Shown here one piece after another: positions 1 through 6,599 of a DNA stretch of 22,264 nucleotides. The notes beneath the pieces were generated by a model, which was given only the letters and a program-made list of their open reading frames with translations, was not told the origin of the DNA and ran no database searches. The DNA is taken from contig JBGTGT010000131.1 in the NCBI GenBank assembly GCA_041746575.1, positions 1 through 22,264 on the forward strand, given 5' to 3'. This stretch comes from Microcystaceae cyanobacterium (GTDB taxonomy: Bacteria; Cyanobacteriota; Cyanobacteriia; Cyanobacteriales; Microcystaceae). Each line of letters opens with the position of its first letter. The stretch's first letter is position 1. Position numbers and translations under genes: made by a program.

Positions 1-23
1 ATCTTATTGCTTTTCTCTAAGAT

Positions 24-129
24 GCGATCGCATAGAAATGATCATTTCCCTGTTTTGTCTCTTTTGTCAATTTTTTCCTTTGGCGATCGCTTCTCAAGAT
101 TACGTCCATCTTTCGTTTCTTTTGTCAAT
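24..129. repeat. Two degenerate ~58-59 bp-period tandem repeats, each ending in a HIP1 site
   Basis: Minus strand: ATTGACAAAAGAAACGAAAGATGGA...GCGATCGC (129-83) and ATTGACAAAAGAGACAAAACAGGGA...GCGATCGC (71-24). Confidence 0.6.
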
Positions 130-353
130 GCGAAACTCCTATATTCTTTTCTTTTTTGGGGGAGATAAATGTCAGGAGATTGGGGGAAATTGAGTTTTCC
201 TATTTGATGTTTAATGACACATTCCCAAACAGACGCTACGCTTAAAAATATCTGGTTTTGAGAGTTGTTAATTTCTTCTCGCCAAATAGAATCTAGACGA
301 TTATCCTGATCAATAAGCCAGATAAACACATGAGTATCAAGGAGAATTTTCAT
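42..353 (-). pseudogene. vapC: PIN-domain (VapC-type) toxin, C-terminally truncated/replaced
   Basis: N-terminus ILLDTHVFIW and SVASVWECVIK..GKL are typical PIN/VapC motifs. After QKRKEY the sequence becomes a low-complexity charged tail, and the expected C-terminal H.DPFDR motif is absent in all three minus frames within the window. Confidence 0.75.
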
Positions 354-667
354 TGATAGAAAGCGTTTAAAATCTCATCGGGTAAGGGGTCATTAAAGTT
401 ATCAGGAATATCTATTTTTTGCTCAGGCTCGATAATGGGACGGGTTTGATTTTGCTGGGCTAAATACTGACAAATGATGTCAATTTCGCTGTTGGATAAA
501 GGACTAGATTCTTCTAATTCTTGGTGATGTTCTCTCAAATACTGCCATTTCTCTAAGATTTTAAGCTCGTCTTTTTGTAAGACTTGGCTGAGTTTCAGTT
601 TATCATTCTCTGGCAGTTGTTCTACCAGTGTTAGTATCTGTTCAAAATTTAGGGGCAGTTGATACAT
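350..667 (-). CDS. Antitoxin of type II TA pair (VapB/DUF2281-like)
   Basis: Its stop overlaps the toxin start (ATGA at 353-350). C-terminal IPDNFNDPLPDEILNAFY is the usual PIN-binding tail, and a GGAG RBS lies upstream. Confidence 0.75.
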   Translation of the reverse strand: MYQLPLNFEQILTLVEQLPENDKLKLSQVLQKDELKILEKWQYLREHHQELEESSPLSNSEIDIICQYLAQQNQTRPIIEPEQKIDIPDNFNDPLPDEILNAFYQ

Positions 668-858
668 TTTCTCCTCGGATGTTTGATTAGTTACGGTTCA
701 TCAAAATTCCTTTTTTTCTATCATGACATAACTGAACCTTTAAGGGAAAATCTGTGGCTGAATTTCAGAAAAATTGTCCCCTTTTTTTCGACGAACTCCC
801 CTTAGACTTCCCCATGAGAAGCCCTGAAAGTACTAATGAAATTAATCGGTGACGGGAT

Positions 859-1351
859 TTAAGCGGCCATTTCTTCGGATTGACCATCGCGCTCAAGCCA
901 TCGGTCAAACACCGACGATCGCCCATCTGGGTTCGGTGGACATCCTTGATAAATTCTGACCCGTTTTCCGTTAACGGTTTGTTGGCGATTAAAACTTAAT
1001 TTAAGACCTAATTTAGCTAAAATCCTTTGGATAAACCCTATAGCTAAATCTTTCTACCCTATACTTTCATTAAGTATGGCTTTAATTTGAAATCGCATGA
1101 TAGGGGTATTAATCTTCTTAAACCATTCCGCTTCTGTTTCACTACTAAACTCCGCAGACGGGTCAAGGAATCGCTCCATACCTAGTGTCTGTAAGGTAAA
1201 TATTTTTAAGCCTAGTGGAGTACGGTTAAAGTCCGGTTTGAAGACTTCCCCTTCACCCTCATTTTTCAATTTTTCTATTGCTTTTCGGTCTTTTTTAGGC
1301 AAATAGTAGTTACCTACCGTCAAATAATAGTGGAGTATCAGCTGTGGATAC
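859..1351 (-). pseudogene. 3' fragment of CyRepA1-family cyanobacterial plasmid replication protein, with internal TAG
   Basis: YPQLILHYYLTVG...VFKPDFNR...ERFLDP..EF matches the recalled C-terminal region of CyRepA1-type Rep proteins. Past the TAG at 1056-1054 the frame continues 64 aa (QRILAKLGLKL...RVRIYQ...PDGRSSVFDRWLERD) to TAA at 861-859. Confidence 0.75.
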
Positions 1352-1624
1352 GGGGTTAAGCAACGAAACGCGAAATTTACCGTCGCAGTTGCCCGTAAAC
1401 AAGACTGAGAATACGTTTCAGCCATCAGTTTTCTCCGATGCAGAAACCGCAACAGCCATAGACTCAGATAGATCTCGTAATCTAACACTGGTGGTTTGTC
1501 GGTTGAGATCCAAACTATAACGACCGAAACGGTTGATATGTCCCGTGAGATAAGGACTCAACGCACCTATAATCTCCTCATCAATTTCATTTACGATGTC
1601 CTCATCAGAGATGTAATCAACTTG
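1352..1624 (-). mobile_element. Right end of a Tn3-family transposon: terminal inverted repeat plus tnpA C-terminal fragment
   Basis: Startless frame 1624-1418 reads DYISDED..EIDEEIIGALSPYLTGHINRFGRYSLDLNRQ, a Tn3 TnpA C-terminal signature. It ends just before GGGGTTAAGCAACGAAACGCGAAATTTACCGTCGCAGTTGCCCGTAA (1352-1398), a GGGG-started Tn3-type terminus. Confidence 0.8.
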
Positions 1625-1830
1625 TTAAATTGAAGTCACCTGCTCAGTTAGCGGCATATTTAAGGAGAAAAGAAGGTCGGGGAATTCTATAAACTGATAC
1701 GATTAAGGGCATAACAATTATTAAAGAATTAAAGGCTTAAAGGCTTAAAAAGAATAAGTAATGTTTTCATACATCAGTTGAATACAGCTAATTGCGAGCC
1801 GCTGAATTATATCTAATCTCTGTCTCTCGC

Positions 1831-1846
1831 TTTCTTAATTAAGAAA
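1831..1846. promoter_or_regulatory. Perfect 16-bp palindrome upstream of the decarboxylase gene, possible operator
   Basis: TTTCTTAATTAAGAAA, about 110 bp before the ATG at 1956. The context is AT-rich, so it could be chance. Confidence 0.3.
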
Positions 1847-1955
1847 TAATGCAATTTTCCCCAATTTAAGAATCTTTAAGTTAATATAGAAAGTAAATCG
1901 CCAAAAATCAGCAAAATTCTTCGTTAATAATACCTAGCAATCAGAGGAAGGCATT

Positions 1956-3617
1956 ATGGTCACTATCATGCCATCTTTAATCAGTGCCGAAGACCAACAA
2001 AAGCTTGATGATCTTTACGCCTATATTGAACAAGAAGCCCAACAATTTATCGGCTATCCTTGTAATAATCTTTTTGACTATAGCCCTTTATACCGATTTT
2101 TACATTATCCCCTCAATAACGTCGGTGATCCCTATTTACCCGGCAACTATCACCTCAATACCCATGCGTTTGAAATAGAAGTTTTAGATATCTACAGTAA
2201 ACTCACCCATGCACCCGAAAATGAAACATGGGGATATATGACCAATGGGGGTACAGAGGGTAATATGTATGGACTCTTTCTGGCACGAGAATTATATCCC
2301 AACGGGGTGGTTTATTACTCCGAAGATACTCATTACTCCGTTGATAAAATTCTGCGCTGTTTGAAGATACGCAGTATCATGATACGCAGTTTGCCCGATG
2401 GCACGATGGATCTCAAGGATTTGCGGGAAACCCTTAAAGTTTATCGGGATGTTCCCCCTATTATCTTTGCCAATATTGGCACAACTATGAAAGGGGCAGT
2501 GGACGATTTAGCAGGAATTAAGCAAATTTTTCAAGAATTAGCGATAAATCGCCATTATATTCACGGAGATGCCGCTCTTAGTGGCATGATTTTACCCTTT
2601 TTGGAAAATCCGCCTCCTTGGGATTTTCAGGCAGAATTAGACAGTATTTCAGTCAGCGGCCACAAAATGATTGGTTCTCCCATCCCTTGCGGCATTGTTC
2701 TCGCTAATAAGCGTCATGTTGCTCGTATTGCCCAAAGCGTGGAATATATTGGCACCTTGGATACCACCTTATCGGGATCTCGTAATGGCGTATCCCCCTT
2801 ATTTCTCTGGTATGCTTTCAAAACACTCAAAATTGAGGGATTTCAACGGCGTACCCGTCACAGCTTAGAAATTGCCGATTATGCCATCAAAAAACTTAAT
2901 GAAATCGGGCGCAAAGCGTGGCGACATTCCCACTCTATCACTGTCGTTTTTGAGCGTCCTAACCTTGAAATTGCACAAAAATGGCAATTAGCAGTTCATA
3001 AAGATATCGCTCACTTAATTGCGATGCCTCACGTTACCCATCGACAGATTGATGCGTTTATCGTTGATTTAATTGCTAGAGAAAGAATGACGGCAACCCC
3101 CGTGGTGTGCCAGATGATACCCAACATCAAGAAAACCCCAGAAGGAGCAAAATTTGAGCAAATTACCCTTATTTGTCCCAAAGAAGTCGAATTACTACCT
3201 CAAATTTCCCAAGCGATCGCTGATGCAGGTATTAATATTGAGTCATTCGAGGCAATTTCGGGGGAAAATACAGAAGTTATTCGTATGGCAGTCGATCATT
3301 ACCCCCAAGCATTAGAAGTACTTGCTCAGACAGCTACTCACGGACGTTTATACGGTCAACCGGACTTGAACCCTAGTGCGGCGATGCAAGCCTTGGCGCA
3401 AATTCCCTTTCAATCAATGAGTGCAACGGCGATTTTAGTCCAATTAGAAGATCGTCCGGGTAGATTAGCCGAACTAACTCGACGCATCGCCGAGGCGAAA
3501 ATCCTACCTCGCAGTTTACGCATTACCCATCGCGAAGGGGGGAAAGCCATTGTGGCGATCGCTACAGATCACTTAGCAGAAACTCGAGATTTACTACAAG
3601 ACATCTTACTTTGTTAA
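1956..3617 (+). CDS. Group II PLP-dependent amino acid decarboxylase (histidine/serine decarboxylase family) with C-terminal tandem ACT domains
   Basis: Motifs TNGGTEGN, THYSV, NIGTTMKGAVDD, HGDAALSG, SVSGHKMIGSPIPCG (PLP lysine) and SGSRNG. The extra ~155 aa contain ISQAIADAGINIESF and LEDRPGRLAELTRRI, both ACT-like. GAGGAAGG RBS present. Confidence 0.88.
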   Translation: MVTIMPSLISAEDQQKLDDLYAYIEQEAQQFIGYPCNNLFDYSPLYRFLHYPLNNVGDPYLPGNYHLNTHAFEIEVLDIYSKLTHAPENETWGYMTNGGTEGNMYGLFLARELYPNGVVYYSEDTHYSVDKILRCLKIRSIMIRSLPDGTMDLKDLRETLKVYRDVPPIIFANIGTTMKGAVDDLAGIKQIFQELAINRHYIHGDAALSGMILPFLENPPPWDFQAELDSISVSGHKMIGSPIPCGIVLANKRHVARIAQSVEYIGTLDTTLSGSRNGVSPLFLWYAFKTLKIEGFQRRTRHSLEIADYAIKKLNEIGRKAWRHSHSITVVFERPNLEIAQKWQLAVHKDIAHLIAMPHVTHRQIDAFIVDLIARERMTATPVVCQMIPNIKKTPEGAKFEQITLICPKEVELLPQISQAIADAGINIESFEAISGENTEVIRMAVDHYPQALEVLAQTATHGRLYGQPDLNPSAAMQALAQIPFQSMSATAILVQLEDRPGRLAELTRRIAEAKILPRSLRITHREGGKAIVAIATDHLAETRDLLQDILLC

Positions 3618-3721
3618 AAGCTTAGCATCTCGAAAGGAAAATGGCGAATTTCAGCACAAATCTTAGCATTTATTGATTTTGTCTTTAAATTTTGCTTAAT
3701 TTGTCAATAATAATTGATATA

Positions 3722-3901
3722 TTACTGTGGTTGGCACTTTCCAGAACGAATTAAACCAATCCGTGCGGCGATCGCCTTGTCTTGAGAAGCAAATGGACCC
3801 CAAAAAGTTTCCCATTCGGGTGTTTGAGAGTCTGCAAAGTCCATAATTTGACAAAATCCCTGTTCTGTTTTGATAATGTACCAGACTTGTTGAGTATTCA
3901 T
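3722..3901 (-). CDS. 59-aa small conserved cyanobacterial protein (below ORF-track cutoff)
   Basis: Hand translation: MNTQQVWYIIKTEQGFCQIMDFADSQTPEWETFWGPFASQDKAIAARIGLIRSGKCQPQ*. AAGAGGA RBS upstream. The WYI.K..G.C.I and WGPF.S..AIA.R.GLIR.GKCQP pattern is recognised from cyanobacterial small proteins. Confidence 0.8.
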   Translation of the reverse strand: MNTQQVWYIIKTEQGFCQIMDFADSQTPEWETFWGPFASQDKAIAARIGLIRSGKCQPQ

Positions 3902-3942
3902 CGGTCTAAGTTCCTCTTAAATATAAAAATATCTCGGCAAAA

Positions 3943-4326
3943 ATGACGAAAGATCTGCCTAATCTAGAAGAATCTGTCCGAAGATTACAACAGTTTAAGC
4001 TCTATTTCCGTTGGCTGTTAGTTTTAACTTGTTGGTTGGTGGTGATTCCCCTTTCTATTTGGGTGCTACGGGATGACATTGCTTTGATGAAAGCCTATTT
4101 TACTTGGTCTGCCCTCCGTTATACCCTAGCTTATCGTCTCGTTCCCTCTTTTTTCGTATTTTTATCGCTGGGAATTACCTTAGGGGTTCTCCTTTGGCAT
4201 AGTCATTATATTGTGCAGGGAATCACCCCTAAAGAACGTTATCACTTAGAAAAACAAGTCCGAACCATTTATCGCACCGGATGGCGTCATCCGCTCTGGA
4301 AATGGCTTTTTAAGGGTTTAGAGTAA
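3943..4326 (+). CDS. Conserved cyanobacterial hypothetical membrane protein (2 TM)
   Basis: Two hydrophobic segments, YFTW.ALRY.L and C-terminal G..HPLWKW motifs. Confidence 0.75.
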   Translation: MTKDLPNLEESVRRLQQFKLYFRWLLVLTCWLVVIPLSIWVLRDDIALMKAYFTWSALRYTLAYRLVPSFFVFLSLGITLGVLLWHSHYIVQGITPKERYHLEKQVRTIYRTGWRHPLWKWLFKGLE

Positions 4327-4363
4327 AAACCCGATCAACCCCAAATCAACAAAGACTTTAAAT

Positions 4364-4381
4364 ATCCGTATTTTTACGGAT
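4364..4381. promoter_or_regulatory. Palindrome ATCCGTA-N4-TACGGAT (copy 1)
   Basis: Perfect 7-4-7 inverted repeat, with a near-identical copy at 4530-4547. Confidence 0.6.
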
Positions 4382-4492
4382 TTAATGGGTGTTATTGATG
4401 AAGATTGGGTAAAGTTAGGCTAAAAATTGAGGCTGTTTGTAAAATTTAGGTAAAATCAGTAAAATTGCTTGATTTATCAGCGTAATTTCAGC

Positions 4493-4498
4493 TACAAT
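4493..4498 (+). promoter_or_regulatory. Candidate -10 box for the comFB-family gene
   Basis: TACAAT, preceded by TAAA pairs 11 bp apart (4410/4421 and 4440/4451) that resemble OmpR-family direct repeats. Confidence 0.4.
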
Positions 4499-4529
4499 AG
4501 AGCCAAGCTATGGCACAGAATCCCTGCTT

Positions 4530-4547
4530 ATCCTTAATTCTACGGAT
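4530..4547. promoter_or_regulatory. Palindrome ATCCTTA-N4-TACGGAT (copy 2)
   Basis: 13 of 14 arm positions identical to copy 1, ending 27 bp before the ATG at 4575. Confidence 0.55.
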
Positions 4548-4574
4548 CGTTCTCTTATTTTAAGGCGTAAAAAA

Positions 4575-5099
4575 ATGAATATAGCTGAATTGACGCAAAA
4601 ATCTGCCACCATTCATCAAAATGTGATGGAGTTACTGGTGAATGAAGAAATTGAAAAACAATTAAAACCCTATCCTTCTCGTCTTAAAAAATATATCAAT
4701 AAAGTTGAAGTGGCAACTTATGCCCTTAATCGACTCCCGACACTATACGCTTCTTCTGAGGAAGGAAAATGTCAACAATACCGTCAAGGACGAGAAAATT
4801 ATCAACGAGACATTCAGAAAGCCGTTCGTAGAGCCTTAGCGGCTATTGAACAAGATCCTCTGCGCTGTTCAACCCCCTTAACCTTGGCAGCACAAGGCAA
4901 CCTAGTAGAAGCCGAAAAGGCCCTTGAAGCAGTTAAACTGATTTTGAACGAGAAAGGACTGTTAGAAAAACCCGATTTAACGTGGCATAGTCTAGGGGAA
5001 ACATTGCAGAGAGCCTTGAATAAGATGGCTTGGATAGGAATGCAGAGATCACTCAATCAAGATTCTGGCAAGATAGCTCAACATTCCTCTAATTTTTAA
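4575..5099 (+). CDS. comFB: Late competence development ComFB-family protein (CdgR-like cyclic dinucleotide receptor family)
   Basis: NVMELLV.EE.EKQL...EVATYALNRLP.LYASS..G and AV..ALAA..DPLR.S.PL signatures. Confidence 0.88.
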   Translation: MNIAELTQKSATIHQNVMELLVNEEIEKQLKPYPSRLKKYINKVEVATYALNRLPTLYASSEEGKCQQYRQGRENYQRDIQKAVRRALAAIEQDPLRCSTPLTLAAQGNLVEAEKALEAVKLILNEKGLLEKPDLTWHSLGETLQRALNKMAWIGMQRSLNQDSGKIAQHSSNF

Positions 5100-5226
5100 C
5101 CCTACCTCAAGAAGGGTGAACCCTTAAGGCTTTTTCGCACTGATAAAATAAATTCCGGCGAGGGAGCCATTTTTTTTTGCCAATCCTATCATCGGTTCAT
5201 TGAGCGGTGTAGCGAAGGATTATTTA

Positions 5227-5412
5227 TCATCTAGGATGGGAAACCGCATAAGGAGGACGCGGTGAAAGATCAGCCGTATTCGGTGAAGAGTATAGGGCGA
5301 TCGCGGATAAAGGCAAAGTTAAGGTTACTAACGCTATCATGGTTCCGAATAATATAGCCCACCTATGGGGAGGAGGTTCAGAACTTTTGCTAATTGGACT
5401 GCTCGATTCCAT
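5227..5412 (-). CDS. Small single-TM conserved hypothetical protein
   Basis: 61 aa with one hydrophobic helix (GTMIALVTLTLPLSAIALYSS), divergent from psb32. Confidence 0.65.
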   Translation of the reverse strand: MESSSPISKSSEPPPHRWAILFGTMIALVTLTLPLSAIALYSSPNTADLSPRPPYAVSHPR

Positions 5413-5576
5413 AAAAATAATGGTTTTCCAGTGAACTCAATAGGGATTTAAGAAATTCGTCAGATTTTACCGACGAGCTTACCTCCTACCATTGTAGCGA
5501 TTTCTTCTCAAAAAAGGGGAACAATCGATACAAGATTTCAAGAATGGTAATATAGGGAAATCCGAATGAGATCAGG

Positions 5577-6314
5577 ATGTTTATGGATATGAATACACCG
5601 CTCACTCATCGCACCATATTAAAAGGAATTCAGCGTCAACTAACAGCCTTACTGTTTTTTACCTGCTTATTTGCACTTTTCTTTCTCATTTCTCCTGCTA
5701 ACGCTACAGGAGTTTATGATTTGCCCGCTTTAAGTACCGACTCTTCCACTTGGATCGTTGATCAGGCGGATATCATCAGTTTAGCCACAGAAGGGAAGAT
5801 TAACGGTCAATTACAACAGCTTTCTCAAGAAACAGGTCAAAATGTCCGTCTAGTTGCCATTCGCCGCCTCGATTACGGTGAAACAATGGATAGTTTTGCG
5901 GATAAGCTGTTTCAGCAATGGTACCCCACCCCCGAAGATCAGGCAAATCAAACGCTTTTGGTTATTGATACTTTTACCAACGGCCTCGCCATTCGCACAG
6001 GAGAAAAAGTTAAACCGTTGATGCCAAATGAAGTAGCAGACAGTGTTGCCTTTGAAACGACTCGAATTCCAGCGAGTAAAGGGAAATATAACCAAGCATT
6101 AGCAGATGCCAGTAATCGTTTGGTCGCTGTTTTAAGCGGTAAACCCGACCCTGGCCCTCCGCAGGTAGAACAGGTTAATATCGAAAGTACCTTTACCTCT
6201 GCCGAAGAGACGGATGATCAAAGTGCGACTGTTTGGGTGATTGTTCTCTTAGCTCTTGCTACGATTGTTCCCATGGCCACTTATTTTTGGTATGTGGGTT
6301 TTCCGGGTCGTTAA
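5577..6314 (+). CDS. psb32: TPM-domain photosystem II-associated protein Psb32
   Basis: Signal peptide ending ANA|TGVYDLP, then WIVDQAD.IS, RRLDYGET, AVLSG.PDPGPP and a C-terminal TM LL.LATIVPMATYFWY. The exact start among nearby ATGs is uncertain. Confidence 0.9.
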   Translation: MFMDMNTPLTHRTILKGIQRQLTALLFFTCLFALFFLISPANATGVYDLPALSTDSSTWIVDQADIISLATEGKINGQLQQLSQETGQNVRLVAIRRLDYGETMDSFADKLFQQWYPTPEDQANQTLLVIDTFTNGLAIRTGEKVKPLMPNEVADSVAFETTRIPASKGKYNQALADASNRLVAVLSGKPDPGPPQVEQVNIESTFTSAEETDDQSATVWVIVLLALATIVPMATYFWYVGFPGR

Positions 6315-6599
6315 AAGCTCATATAACGGTAATTTTACTTATCTCTGAGGTTTTTGGGCGCAATGGCGTCCTATTTTTTGTAATCATTTACATTCAAGGC
6401 TTGCTCCCGAATCCTTAAATTCCGCTCGATTGTAAATGAGTCTGAGGAAATCTTGGATGTTTGTCGCCTCAACTTAGCATTTTGCTCCATATCGCGGATA
6501 TTACGACATCGGAGTTCGGTTCTACTGTCTAGGGTTAGACTGATCCCTCCGTTAGCATAGAGGAAAATCGTGCAGGGATAAAATGTCTAAGCAAGAAAA

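Noticed and set aside
1054..1488. 144-aa ORF as an intact gene
   Set aside because: It spans a Tn3 tail, the terminal repeat and a Rep fragment, and ends at a premature TAG.
89..3790. 11-bp inverted match GCTTCTCAAGA (89-99) / TCTTGAGAAGC (3780-3790), both near HIP1 sites, as element boundaries
   Set aside because: Short, no target duplication, and the second copy lies inside the 59-aa coding sequence. Compatible with chance.
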